Both the position numbers and the translations under genes were made by a program. Under the pieces are notes generated by a model, which was not told where the DNA came from, made no database searches, and saw only the letters and a list, made by a program, of their open reading frames with translations. From contig CAYPCX010000009.1 in assembly GCA_964409365.1 (NCBI GenBank), forward strand, positions 10,390 through 74,389: a stretch of DNA of 64,000 bases, read 5' to 3'. Source of the stretch: an uncultured Planctomycetia bacterium. GTDB taxonomy: Bacteria; Omnitrophota; Gorgyraeia; Tantalellales; Tantalellaceae. Shown here one piece after another: positions 48,756-58,319 of this stretch (the first letter of the stretch is position 1; each line of letters starts with the position of its first letter).

Positions 48756-49610
48756 ATGGGACACGGAATATGCTTTGCCGGGTCTGAAGGATCATGCGGC
48801 GATCGGGATAAAGCGGAAATAACGATACTGCCTGTTCCTTACGACAGGACAAGTACTTGGATAAAGGGGGCCGATAAGGGCCCCCTTGCTCTTTTAGAGG
48901 CCTCCGCGGCTCTCGAGTTCTACGACATGGAGACGGACTCCGAGGTGTACAGGCGCGGTATATATACGTGCCCTTTTCTCGAGGTCGATGTTCCGCCGGA
49001 AGAGATGGCGCTCCGGGTAGAGGAAAAAATCACGGAGCTCCTGGACGAGGGTAAGTTCGTCGTAACGATAGGCGGGGAACATTCCGTGAGCGTCGGCCCG
49101 GTAAGGGCGCATAACAAAAAACACAAAGACCTCTGCGTTCTCCAGCTGGACGCCCATTCCGACCTGAGGGACGAATACGAGAACAGCCGTTATAACCACG
49201 CCTGCGCCATGGCCAGGGTAAAGGAAACATGCCCGGTGGTCCATGTCGGCGTAAGGAGCATGGACGTATCGGAAAAGAAGAGGCTCGATCCGGGAAGCGT
49301 CTTTCCGGCCAGAGACATCTTTGGGAAGAAGGACTGGGTAGACTCCGTGGTTGGACGGCTTTCGCCGGACGTTTATGTGACCATCGACCTGGACGTGTTC
49401 GACTCGAGCCTGATGCCGTCGACGGGCACGCCCGAACCCGGCGGCCTTACGTGGTACCAGGTGCTCCGGCTTTTGAGGACCGTGACGGAGGCGAGGAACG
49501 TTGTCGGTTTTGACGTGGTCGAGCTTTGTCCCAGTGAACACAACAAGGCCCCCGATTTTACGGCCGCGAAACTGGTTTATAAGTTTTTAAGTTATGTATA
49601 TAATAAGTAA
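48756..49610 (+). CDS. speB: Agmatinase
   Basis: GGEHS, DAHSDLR, TIDLDVFD, TGTPEPGG, DVVEL. Confidence 0.93.
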   Translation: MGHGICFAGSEGSCGDRDKAEITILPVPYDRTSTWIKGADKGPLALLEASAALEFYDMETDSEVYRRGIYTCPFLEVDVPPEEMALRVEEKITELLDEGKFVVTIGGEHSVSVGPVRAHNKKHKDLCVLQLDAHSDLRDEYENSRYNHACAMARVKETCPVVHVGVRSMDVSEKKRLDPGSVFPARDIFGKKDWVDSVVGRLSPDVYVTIDLDVFDSSLMPSTGTPEPGGLTWYQVLRLLRTVTEARNVVGFDVVELCPSEHNKAPDFTAAKLVYKFLSYVYNK

Positions 49611-49670
49611 CCAGTAACCAGTAATAAGTAATAAGTAACCAGTAACCAGTAACCAGTAACCAGTAACCAG
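49606..49670. repeat. Heptamer array (AGTAACC/AGTAATA)x9 overlapping the speB stop
   Basis: AGTAACC x2, AGTAATA x2, AGTAACC x5. Confidence 0.92.
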
Positions 49671-49696
49671 ACTGGGAACTAAACAAGCGTATTCAT

Positions 49697-52162
49697 ATGG
49701 AACAATATAACCCCGGTAAAATAGAAAAGAAATGGCAGAAGCGCTGGAGGAAAGAAGGCCTTTTCAATATCGACGTCAAGGATACCTCCAATAAGTATTA
49801 CTGCCTGATGATGTTCCCGTACCCTTCGGCGGCGCTGCACGTCGGCCACGGGAGGAACTACATAATAGGTGACGTGGTCGCCCGCTACAAGATGATGAGG
49901 GGCTTGAACGTGCTTACGCCGATGGGGTGGGACGCTTTCGGCCTTCCCGCGGAGAACGCCGCTATCAAAAGCGGCCTGCACCCCAAAGAGTCCACGTTGG
50001 ATAACATAGCGATGATGAAGAAGCAGATGGATTCCTGGGGGGTGGATTATGACTGGCAGCGCGAGGTCACTTCCTGCCTGCCCGATTATTACAAGTGGAC
50101 CCAGTGGATATTCCTGAAACTTTTCGAGAAAGGTCTTGCCTGCCGCAGGGAGGCGTTCGTCAACTGGTGCCCGTCCTGTAGCACAGTTCTTGCCAACGAA
50201 CAGGTCGTGAACGGCCAGTGCGAAAGATGTGACACCCGGGTCGAGCAAAAACAGCTGGAACAATGGTTCTTCCGTATTACGGAGTACGCCGAGCGGCTGC
50301 TTAACGACCTGGAGAAGCTTGACGAGTGGCCCGAGAAGGTGCGGATAATGCAGCGCAACTGGATAGGCCGCTCGGAAGGCGTGAACATAGACTACCCGAT
50401 AGTAGGTTCCGACAAGAAGCTTACTTGCTTTACGACTCGTGTCGACACCATATATGGATGTACTTACATGGTCCTTGCCGCGGAGCACCCCATGATAGAA
50501 GAGCTGGTCGCGGATGATCCCGAGAAAGAAAGAATAATGGAATTCGTCCGCGAAGTGAGGAACGAATCCAAGATCGAGCGGCAACAGATCGAGACCGAGA
50601 AAAAAGGAATATTCACAGGTAAGTACGTCATCAACCAGATAAACGGGAGGAAGATACCTCTCTGGATAGCGGATTATGTGTTGATGGAATACGGTACCGG
50701 CGCCGTGATGGCCGTGCCCGCCCATGACCAGAGGGATTTCGAGTTCGCCAAGAAATACGGCCTGCCGATAGAAGTGGTCATAGACGACCCGGCCGGGCAT
50801 CTCGAGGCGAAAAAAATGACCGAGGCGTACGAGGATGAAGGTGTCCTTGTCAATTCCGCGCAGTTCGACGGCATGAAGAACACGAAAGCCATGGAAGCGA
50901 TAGCCGACCACATGGAAAAAGAAGGTATCGGCAAAAGGGCGGTCCATTATAAGCTGCGCGACTGGCTCATTTCCAGGCAGAGGTACTGGGGAGCTCCCAT
51001 ACCTATAGTTTATTGTGACAAGTGCGGGATCGTCCCCGTTCCCGAGGACCGGCTTCCCGTTATCCTGCCGGAGGCCATAAAGTTCAAACCGACGGGAGAA
51101 TCTCCCCTTAAGGGAATATCCGATTTCGTTAATGCGAAATGTCCGTCGTGCGGCGGGAACGCCAAAAGGGAGATCGACACGATGGATACCTTCGTCGATT
51201 CAAGCTGGTATTATCTCCGTTATATCTCCCCGAAACTGGAGGACAGGCCGTTCGACACGGAAGACGTGAACAGGTGGCTGCCGGTAGACCAGTATATAGG
51301 AGGGGTGGAACACGCGATATTGCACCTTTTATATTCAAGGTTCATCACGAAATTCCTTTGCGACGCCGGTTACGTGGGTTTCGACGAGCCGTTCAAACGC
51401 CTGTTCACACAGGGCATGATAATCAAGAACGGCGCCAAGATGTCAAAGTCGAAGGGGAACGTCGTAAGCCCCGACAACCTTATTAAAAAGTACGGCGCCG
51501 ATACGGTACGTTTGTACACGCTTTTCATAGGGCCGCCCGAGAAAGACGCCGAATGGTCCGACAGGGGAGTGGAGGGGGCGTACCGTTTTCTCAAGAGAGT
51601 ATGGAACCTCCTCGAGGTATATGAGAACTCCGGTGAGGAGGGCGCCGACGGGGCGGCGAAAGAAGACCTTATGAGGAAGATGCACCAGACCGTCAAGAAA
51701 GTGACCGACGATATAGACGGGGCGTTCCATTTCAATACCGCTATCAGCGCGGTCATGGAACTTGTTAACCAGGTGTATGTTAGCGTGAACGAAAAAGGCA
51801 AGCATTGTTTCAGCAGGAAATGTCTTGAAGAAGTGATAGGCAACATAACGCTGCTTTTGGCGCCTTTCGTGCCTCACATAGCCGAAGAGATACGCGGAAG
51901 AATGGGAGTGAAAACAAGCGCTTTCAGGTGCAAGTGGCCGGCCTACCGTGAAGATATGCTGCTTGCCGATACCGTGGTCGTTCCCGTCCAGATAAACGGT
52001 AAGCTGCGCAGTACCATAGAAATGCAGCGCAACCTGGACCAGGATAAGATACGGGCGATCGTCGCGGAAGACGAGAAGGTCAAACAGTGGGTCGGGGGTA
52101 AAGATATCCGCAAATGGATAATCCTTCCCGATAAGCTGGTGAATATAGTCGTTAGTCGTTAG
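49697..52162 (+). CDS. leuS: Leucine--tRNA ligase
   Basis: [41 protein letters not shown]. Confidence 0.98.
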   Translation: MEQYNPGKIEKKWQKRWRKEGLFNIDVKDTSNKYYCLMMFPYPSAALHVGHGRNYIIGDVVARYKMMRGLNVLTPMGWDAFGLPAENAAIKSGLHPKESTLDNIAMMKKQMDSWGVDYDWQREVTSCLPDYYKWTQWIFLKLFEKGLACRREAFVNWCPSCSTVLANEQVVNGQCERCDTRVEQKQLEQWFFRITEYAERLLNDLEKLDEWPEKVRIMQRNWIGRSEGVNIDYPIVGSDKKLTCFTTRVDTIYGCTYMVLAAEHPMIEELVADDPEKERIMEFVREVRNESKIERQQIETEKKGIFTGKYVINQINGRKIPLWIADYVLMEYGTGAVMAVPAHDQRDFEFAKKYGLPIEVVIDDPAGHLEAKKMTEAYEDEGVLVNSAQFDGMKNTKAMEAIADHMEKEGIGKRAVHYKLRDWLISRQRYWGAPIPIVYCDKCGIVPVPEDRLPVILPEAIKFKPTGESPLKGISDFVNAKCPSCGGNAKREIDTMDTFVDSSWYYLRYISPKLEDRPFDTEDVNRWLPVDQYIGGVEHAILHLLYSRFITKFLCDAGYVGFDEPFKRLFTQGMIIKNGAKMSKSKGNVVSPDNLIKKYGADTVRLYTLFIGPPEKDAEWSDRGVEGAYRFLKRVWNLLEVYENSGEEGADGAAKEDLMRKMHQTVKKVTDDIDGAFHFNTAISAVMELVNQVYVSVNEKGKHCFSRKCLEEVIGNITLLLAPFVPHIAEEIRGRMGVKTSAFRCKWPAYREDMLLADTVVVPVQINGKLRSTIEMQRNLDQDKIRAIVAEDEKVKQWVGGKDIRKWIILPDKLVNIVVSR

Positions 52163-52174
52163 TGCCGAGGGATA

Positions 52175-52936
52175 ATGAAAAGAATATCCTTATTTCTGAT
52201 ACTTGCGTTTCTTCTGACACCTGCGCGTGCCGCTTTTTCCGAGGTCCCGGACCTTAAGAAAGCGAAAGAATATGACGCGAAGATCCCCATAAAGGTGGTC
52301 AGGGAGATACCGCTTCCCAAAGGGTATCATGAGGGCCTCTTCTATGACGGACAGCACATGTGGGTGTGTAACGGCGAAAAAGGGAATATCTGGCTTGTGG
52401 ACCTCGGAACGGGCGCCGTCGATTCGGAAATAGAACCACCGGGAACGTTTACCGAGGGAGTGACGCTTTCCGGGAAAGGCACCTTCTGGGTGACCGACTG
52501 GGACGAAAAGAAGCTTTACCGCGTAAAGGTCGAAGACGACAAGATGGTCGTGGATTATGACATCTCCCTCGAACCGGCGCACCCGACGGGTGTGGTGTGG
52601 ACGGGGAAGAACCTGTACGTTATTACCTGGACCAGGGGTGTGACCGGGACCACGTACCATCTCATGCAGATGGATGAGGACGAACGCCTTTTCCGCAAGA
52701 TGCGGATAAAAAGGATACATGAACCCGCGCACCTGGCGTGGGATGGACATTACCTGTGGATAACAAGCTGGTACAGCCGGCTCGTGTATAAGGTGGATGT
52801 GGAGACATTCAGGGTCCTCGGGTCTTTCCGTTCGCCCGCGGTGGCGCCTACCGGGATCACCTGGGACGGGCAGTATCTATGGATAACGGGGACCCGTGCG
52901 GGGCTGTATCAGGTAGAGGTGGGCAAGGGGGAGTAG
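52175..52936 (+). CDS. Exported beta-propeller protein (glutaminyl cyclase/YncE-like)
   Basis: Signal peptide; repeated blade motifs GLFYDGQHMWV, GVVWTGKNLYV, LAWDGHYLWI, GITWDGQYLWI. Confidence 0.7.
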   Translation: MKRISLFLILAFLLTPARAAFSEVPDLKKAKEYDAKIPIKVVREIPLPKGYHEGLFYDGQHMWVCNGEKGNIWLVDLGTGAVDSEIEPPGTFTEGVTLSGKGTFWVTDWDEKKLYRVKVEDDKMVVDYDISLEPAHPTGVVWTGKNLYVITWTRGVTGTTYHLMQMDEDERLFRKMRIKRIHEPAHLAWDGHYLWITSWYSRLVYKVDVETFRVLGSFRSPAVAPTGITWDGQYLWITGTRAGLYQVEVGKGE

Positions 52937-53040
52937 GGCCCAGGGAACGTGGGAGACCACGTTCTTTTTTACCCATAAATTTGATGAAAAACAAAAAATA
53001 AATAGACAAATAATCAATATTGAAGGATAATGATTAGGAG

Positions 53041-53061
53041 AGTAACCAGTTACCAGTGACA
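53041..53061. repeat. Left heptamer arm of the four-helix-bundle cassette
   Basis: AGTAACC AGTTACC AGTGACA. Confidence 0.7.
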
Positions 53062-53067
53062 GGGAAA

Positions 53068-53436
53068 ATGGCAGGATTTAAGTTTGATTTCGAAAATCTG
53101 AAAGTTTATCAGAAGTCTTTGGATTTCATAGATGCAGTTTTTAAAATATATAAAAACTTAAGCCATGAATATAAATACTCGATAGGCAGCAATTTGATCA
53201 GAGCAGCTTTGTCAGTATCCAATAATATTGCAGAAGGTAACGACAAGGGGTCTAACAGGGAAAGAAATAGATACTTGTCTATTTCATCTGGTTCTACGAG
53301 AGAGTGCGTCTCGGTTTTAAATATTTTAAAAAGACAGAATATGATTGATACAAATGTCTATTTAAAGTTGAGAAATGATGCTCGGGAAATTACGAATATG
53401 CTTCAAGGTTTGATCAAAAATAATTTAAAACGATGA
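53068..53436 (+). CDS. Four helix bundle protein (23S rRNA IVP / Avd-like family)
   Basis: FENLKVYQKS, EYKYSIGSNLIRAALSVSNNIAEG, YLSISSGSTRE, ITNMLQGLIK; visibly AT-richer than its neighbours. Confidence 0.92.
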   Translation: MAGFKFDFENLKVYQKSLDFIDAVFKIYKNLSHEYKYSIGSNLIRAALSVSNNIAEGNDKGSNRERNRYLSISSGSTRECVSVLNILKRQNMIDTNVYLKLRNDAREITNMLQGLIKNNLKR

Positions 53437-53454
53437 ACTTTTTAATTCTATTTC

Positions 53455-53483
53455 TGGTTACGGGAAACCGGTTACTGGTTACT
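53455..53483. repeat. Right heptamer arm of the four-helix-bundle cassette (inverted relative to the left arm)
   Basis: TGGTTAC GGGAAAC CGGTTAC TGGTTAC T. Confidence 0.7.
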
Positions 53484-53488
53484 TTAAT

Positions 53489-53860
53489 ATGGATTCAAGA
53501 ATATCCGAGAACATCGTTCTAATAGTCCTCTCAGTGATCCTCTTCACCGGGGGCCTGGGGCTTCATTTAAGGCGGCATAGGCTGCCTCAAGATACGGCCA
53601 TAGTGATTGACGGAATAGAAAAGAGACTCACACTTACGGAGATCGAAGAACATTTAAAAGAAAGCAGGAGGGTCAACATCAATACTGCTTATATCGAGGA
53701 AATAACTTCCATACCGGGTATAGGAAGGGTCATGGCTTCAAGGATCGTAGAATACAGGGATGCGCATGGCAGGTTCTTCGATGAGAAAGATCTATTAGAG
53801 ATCAAAGGCCTTGGAGAGAAGAAGCTGAACCGTATCAAAGAGTATATACGATTAGATTAA
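53489..53860 (+). CDS. comEA: ComEA-like helix-hairpin-helix DNA-binding protein
   Basis: N-terminal TM; VNINTA, IPGIG..MASRIVEYR, IKGLGEK. Confidence 0.85.
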   Translation: MDSRISENIVLIVLSVILFTGGLGLHLRRHRLPQDTAIVIDGIEKRLTLTEIEEHLKESRRVNINTAYIEEITSIPGIGRVMASRIVEYRDAHGRFFDEKDLLEIKGLGEKKLNRIKEYIRLD

Positions 53861-53935
53861 GGAGGAAAGGTGCTCCCTACCAGGGCCCCTCCGCCCGGTG
53901 TGGATCCTCCCTGTACGGGAGCACCCTTCCTCCTT
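53859..53935. repeat. Long inverted repeat (18/19 match), MITE- or REP-like
   Basis: AAGGAGGAAAGGTGCTCCC ... GGGAGCACCCTTCCTCCTT between comEA and comEC. Confidence 0.7.
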
Positions 53936-53946
53936 TAAGCGTAACT

Positions 53947-55485
53947 ATGTATCGTCCATTATTACTACCGATGATCGGTTTTCTCTCTGGTATTCTTATT
54001 GCTGAAAAGACCGGCATCGAAAATATCAGCATACTTATCTTTGGGCTTATCCTGCTGCTATTCGCGCTTTTCCTGTCGATTAGAGGCCAGCGGATATTCT
54101 TGATACTTCTTTGCGCTTTCTTCTTACTTCTCGGCGCTTTCCGCTGTATTTCCGCGAGAAATACACAGTCGCATGATATCAGCAATTTTGCGGATAAGAC
54201 ACCGGAAAAAGTCCTTGTTTACGGCACCGTGGCAAATGACCCTGAATGGAAAGGGAAAAGTTACATGTGCCGCCAGGTATTTACCTTAAGGGCGGAAAGG
54301 CTGCTTTCTCAGGAAAAAGAGAGACCGGTGACAGGAAATGTCGAAATAGGTCTTTATTCCTGGAAAGAACAGCCGGAGGTGGGGGACAAGATCGTTATCG
54401 GCGGAAGGATATCCGTTCCCCCGGGAAAAAGAGAGCCTTCCGACTTCGATTACGGAAGATACCTGAGATCCAGGGGCATCACTGCCGTTCTGAGGTCCGC
54501 GGAGAAGGATCATTACATGAAAACAGGGTTAGATAGTTCCCCGTCCTTCATGATAAGACGTTCTCTTTCCGAAGTGAGAAGGAAAAGTTATCACACCATC
54601 CAGGGACATCTCTGGCCCCGGCCGAAAGCCCTTATCAGCTCTGTGGTCCTCGGTATGAGAGGGGAGATAGATGAAGAGATGAAGGAACTCTTCATCAGAA
54701 CGGGCACTTTGCATATGATCGCCGTCAGCGGCCTGCATGTGGGTATTGTGGCTTTGATCATAATGGGGCTTTTGCGGCTTTTATATCTTCCGAGGAACGC
54801 CATGTGTTTTCTGACGGTATTGGGTATCTTCGCTTTCGCCGTTCTGACAGGGGCAAGGCCTTCCGCCGTACGCGCGGCCCTTATGGGGGCTTTTATCCTT
54901 TTCGGCATGGCCCTGGAAAGAAAGCCGGACCTCTTGAGCGTGCTCGTTTTGTCGGCGTTTATCATTACGTTTTTCCAACCGTCCCAGATTTTTCGGGCCG
55001 GCTTCATATTGTCATATCTGGCGGTCCTTTCGATCATGTACATTACCCCGTTCACCGACAGGATATTCGTCAAGGATAGTGGTGCCGGAAGATCATATTT
55101 CCTCTGCGGATATTTCTTTAAAGCCGTATCCGTGTCCCTGGCCGTCTGGATAGGGATGCTTCCCGTTATCGCGGCATATTTCGGTATTGTTACTCCTTCG
55201 GTAGTCCTGGCAAATCTTTTAGCGGTTCCGGTGCTTACCCTTCTGGTGGTCCTCGGGGGAGGGCTCATCCTGGCGGGGTCCGCAGGCTTTCTTGCGCCGG
55301 TAGCGTTTTTGATAGCAGGAACTATAAATATCATCGTGCTGTATTTCATTAGAACACTTCATCTGATATCGCTTGTGCCTTTTTCATTCATACGTGTTCC
55401 CGCTCCGGGTTTGATGGTGATGACCGTCTATTACGCGGTATTGGTGAGCATATTGGCTGCTTTCGGCAGGGATAGGCAAACATAA
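53947..55485 (+). CDS. comEC: ComEC/Rec2 competence protein without a C-terminal metallo-beta-lactamase domain
   Basis: OB-like domain with FDYGRYL; TGTLHMIAVSGLHVG, PSAVRAALM, GFILSY. Confidence 0.9.
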   Translation: MYRPLLLPMIGFLSGILIAEKTGIENISILIFGLILLLFALFLSIRGQRIFLILLCAFFLLLGAFRCISARNTQSHDISNFADKTPEKVLVYGTVANDPEWKGKSYMCRQVFTLRAERLLSQEKERPVTGNVEIGLYSWKEQPEVGDKIVIGGRISVPPGKREPSDFDYGRYLRSRGITAVLRSAEKDHYMKTGLDSSPSFMIRRSLSEVRRKSYHTIQGHLWPRPKALISSVVLGMRGEIDEEMKELFIRTGTLHMIAVSGLHVGIVALIIMGLLRLLYLPRNAMCFLTVLGIFAFAVLTGARPSAVRAALMGAFILFGMALERKPDLLSVLVLSAFIITFFQPSQIFRAGFILSYLAVLSIMYITPFTDRIFVKDSGAGRSYFLCGYFFKAVSVSLAVWIGMLPVIAAYFGIVTPSVVLANLLAVPVLTLLVVLGGGLILAGSAGFLAPVAFLIAGTINIIVLYFIRTLHLISLVPFSFIRVPAPGLMVMTVYYAVLVSILAAFGRDRQT

Positions 55486-55541
55486 ACTGTCTTTCTAACA
55501 CTTTTACACATAATAATTTTGTAAATAATCAGATATTGGCA

Positions 55542-55570
55542 TTGACTTTGGTTATAGAATGTGATAATTT
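55542..55570 (+). promoter_or_regulatory. Putative sigma70 promoter
   Basis: TTGACT-17 bp-TAATTT in an AT-rich gap. Confidence 0.4.
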
Positions 55571-55644
55571 CGTTCTAATAACTATAGTATATTATTTAGC
55601 TTACTAAGGATGTTTAGCTAAGTGACCAGAGAAGGAGTGTCCTT

Positions 55645-56376
55645 ATGAAGAAGGCATTTTTATTTGTTACGGTGATCGCGTTAGTAACAGGTTTTGCCGT
55701 TATTTCCAACGCATCGGTCGACAGTATCTATGAGGCCGCGGTGATCAATATGAAGGGCGATGTCAAAGTAGACCCGAACGCTGATGGCAGCTGGTTTACC
55801 CCCTGGATAGGTATGAAGCTCAAAAAGGGCGCCCTTTTGAAGGCGGGTCCGGATTCCTGGGCCGAGATCGTTTTTGACGTGGACGGCTTGAATATATTAC
55901 GCATCAAGGAAAATACCCAGATAACCATAGATAGATCGAGCGTAAAGATGCCTGAAGGTTCCGTCCTTGCCAAATTCGACAATCTTACACCGGGGTCTTC
56001 TTTTGTGGTAAGGACACCCAACGCGGCCTGCGGGATAAGGGGGTCGGGTATGGGTGTCACGGTTGTTAAAGGCAAAACTATTGTCGAAGCGTTCGAAGAT
56101 AAGGCTTACTTAACGACTTATGATGCGAACGGTAATGTAGTAACAACGGAATTCATAGTTCCTGAGGAATGGAAAACAACAGTAAGGTCTGATGGGAAGC
56201 CCGAACAACCTGTGGCGCTGACCCCTGAAGAAAAAGACGTATGGGAAGTCTGGGTGGATGCTCTTGAAAAAGGTGTGGGGGAAGCCCCGGAAGGTTATGA
56301 ACCCGAACCTGACAGCAAAGACCTCGAAGATATTAAAACAGAAGAAAAGAAAAAAGACGTAAGTCCGTGTTCATAA
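55645..56376 (+). CDS. Exported FecR-domain protein
   Basis: RBS AAGGAG; signal peptide; FVVRTPNAACGIRGS. Confidence 0.8.
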   Translation: MKKAFLFVTVIALVTGFAVISNASVDSIYEAAVINMKGDVKVDPNADGSWFTPWIGMKLKKGALLKAGPDSWAEIVFDVDGLNILRIKENTQITIDRSSVKMPEGSVLAKFDNLTPGSSFVVRTPNAACGIRGSGMGVTVVKGKTIVEAFEDKAYLTTYDANGNVVTTEFIVPEEWKTTVRSDGKPEQPVALTPEEKDVWEVWVDALEKGVGEAPEGYEPEPDSKDLEDIKTEEKKKDVSPCS

Positions 56377-56402
56377 ATATACGATAAAAAGGGAGAAGGG
56401 AT

Positions 56403-57569
56403 ATGAGGTTTAGACTTTTCGTAATTTTTATATTGGCTGTCTTCGTCGCGGGCATCTTTTTCGCTGAACCAGCCCTTGCCTGGGAAAAAGGACATATGAA
56501 GGTGGTTCCTGCGGCGAAATATGAACAGCGCTGGGACAGCAATATCTTTTATGATACCGACGATCCGAAAAGTGATCACATGTCGATCATCACTCCCAGT
56601 ATACTCGGAGAATTCGGTTTCGGGGCGGCAGGCAAACACAAAGCAAGAGTTGCTTATAACGTCGAGTGTGGCATTTTTTATGAACATACTGACCAGAACT
56701 ACGCTAATCATGATGTTTTCGGCGAACTGTTCCTGGATGTCAACGAGAATTATAATATCAGGGCGAACAATACGTTCCTTTTCACTTCTGACCGCGCCGG
56801 TACGGAGTTTACCCAGAGGATATTGAGAAAAGAAGATACATTTAATGCCGTTCTTGAGATGGAATTCAATAAGCTTGCTTTTGATGTTGGGTACAGCTTC
56901 TATATCATAGATTACCTGAGCGATACGCTGGATCAGGTGGACCGTTATGAGAATTCGGGATGGGTCACCGGTTATGTGCAAGTAGCCCCGAAGACCAGGG
57001 TATTGGCGGAATACAAATACAAGAATATCAAATACACCGATGACAGTCCCCGTGATGCTAATGCTCATTATGCGCTTTTGGGTGTTACTGGTCAGATCGC
57101 TCCCAAAGTAACAGGTACTGCCAAGGTAGGTTTTGAATATAAAAAGTATGACAATTCATCACCTACCGATTTCACCAATGCCGTGGCAATGATTGATCTG
57201 GACTGGACCCCGACAGAAAGAACCAATGTGCATTTCGGGTACGAAAGGGAAGCTTTTGAGTCGGTTTTCAGGGATAACAATTACTATGCGGGTGACCATT
57301 TCAAGTTAAATTTCAAGCATAAGCTGCCGAGGAATTTTGCCGTGATAGTAAATGGTATGTATTTCCTGAATCAGTATCCCAAAGAGCGAGAGGGCGACAA
57401 CGACAAGAGGACCGATAATATCTGGGCGGTGGGTCCCAGACTTGAATACTACTGGAAGGAATATCTGGTAGCTGGCGTTGGCTACAGGTTCAAACAAAGG
57501 GATTCGAACGTGGCCGACAGAAGCTACGATGACCATATCGTTTACGGTGACGTGAAATTAGCTTTTTAA
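56403..57569 (+). CDS. Outer-membrane beta-barrel protein (EPS-associated type)
   Basis: Signal peptide, WDSNIF, amphipathic strands, C-terminal VKLAF; directly upstream of the wza-like gene. Confidence 0.8.
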   Translation: MRFRLFVIFILAVFVAGIFFAEPALAWEKGHMKVVPAAKYEQRWDSNIFYDTDDPKSDHMSIITPSILGEFGFGAAGKHKARVAYNVECGIFYEHTDQNYANHDVFGELFLDVNENYNIRANNTFLFTSDRAGTEFTQRILRKEDTFNAVLEMEFNKLAFDVGYSFYIIDYLSDTLDQVDRYENSGWVTGYVQVAPKTRVLAEYKYKNIKYTDDSPRDANAHYALLGVTGQIAPKVTGTAKVGFEYKKYDNSSPTDFTNAVAMIDLDWTPTERTNVHFGYEREAFESVFRDNNYYAGDHFKLNFKHKLPRNFAVIVNGMYFLNQYPKEREGDNDKRTDNIWAVGPRLEYYWKEYLVAGVGYRFKQRDSNVADRSYDDHIVYGDVKLAF

Positions 57570-57594
57570 TACTTTAAAATAAAGAAGTTATAAT

Positions 57595-57630
57595 AAAAAT
57601 GACCCGGTTTTATTTCCCGGGTCATTTTTT
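57595..57630 (+). terminator. Rho-independent terminator
   Basis: AAAAATGACCCGG-loop-CCGGGTCATTTTTT. Confidence 0.8.
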
Positions 57631-57658
57631 ACATAATTTCCACAACCCCTGAAAACTA

Positions 57659-57687
57659 TTGATTTTCCTTACTTAAATAGGTATAAT
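57659..57687 (+). promoter_or_regulatory. Putative sigma70 promoter of the wza-wzc genes
   Basis: TTGATT-17 bp-TATAAT, only about 9 nt before the ATG (possibly a short or leaderless transcript). Confidence 0.5.
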
Positions 57688-57696
57688 AACTCTGCT

Positions 57697-58305
57697 ATGA
57701 ATTTTATTAAAAGATCGTTTTTCGTACCCGTTGTTTTTCTAACCCTTACACTGGCTGTTACTTGCGTAAATGCGGAAAAAATACAGGAAGAAAATAACAA
57801 CCTTGCCGGATATACGATCGGCCCTGAGAATGTATTACAGATAGATGTTTATTACGGCAGAGACAGGAATCTTTCCCGCAAGGTACGCGTTTCATCAAAA
57901 GGTTTTATTACATTTCCCCTGCTGGGGGAAGTGGAGGTCAACGGTCTTACTGTGGCCGAACTTGAAAATAAGCTCACGTATTTACTGGCAAAAGATTATC
58001 TGGTAAATCCCCAGGTTTCGGTATTTATTGATGAATACAGTACGGTTTCGGTATTAGGTCAAGTCAAAAGCCCCGGAACTTATCCTATTAAAGGGAAACT
58101 TTCAGTAGTTGAGCTTATTTCCATGGCAGGTGGTTTTACGAAAATCGCGGCTCCGAATTGGGTAAAAATAATAAGGACACATTCCGATGGCACAAAAGTC
58201 ACTATTCCGGTAAGAGTGCACGATATCATAAACAAAGGGAAAGAAGAAGATGATATCCAGCTTCAGGCCGGAGATATAGTAACGGTGGCAGAAAGCATAT
58301 TTTAA
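57697..58305 (+). CDS. Polysaccharide export protein (short Wza/OPX family)
   Basis: YTIGPENVLQI, GFITFPLLGEV..GLT, SLBB domain VLGQVKSPG..AGGFT. Confidence 0.88.
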   Translation: MNFIKRSFFVPVVFLTLTLAVTCVNAEKIQEENNNLAGYTIGPENVLQIDVYYGRDRNLSRKVRVSSKGFITFPLLGEVEVNGLTVAELENKLTYLLAKDYLVNPQVSVFIDEYSTVSVLGQVKSPGTYPIKGKLSVVELISMAGGFTKIAAPNWVKIIRTHSDGTKVTIPVRVHDIINKGKEEDDIQLQAGDIVTVAESIF

Positions 58306-58319
58306 AAAAGAAAAGTGAT

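Noticed and set aside
49679-50947. 422-aa minus-strand ORF
   Set aside because: Antisense shadow of leuS.
53068-53436. Diversity-generating retroelement or 23S rRNA intervening sequence
   Set aside because: No reverse transcriptase, no TR/VR pair and no rRNA were recognised in the window.
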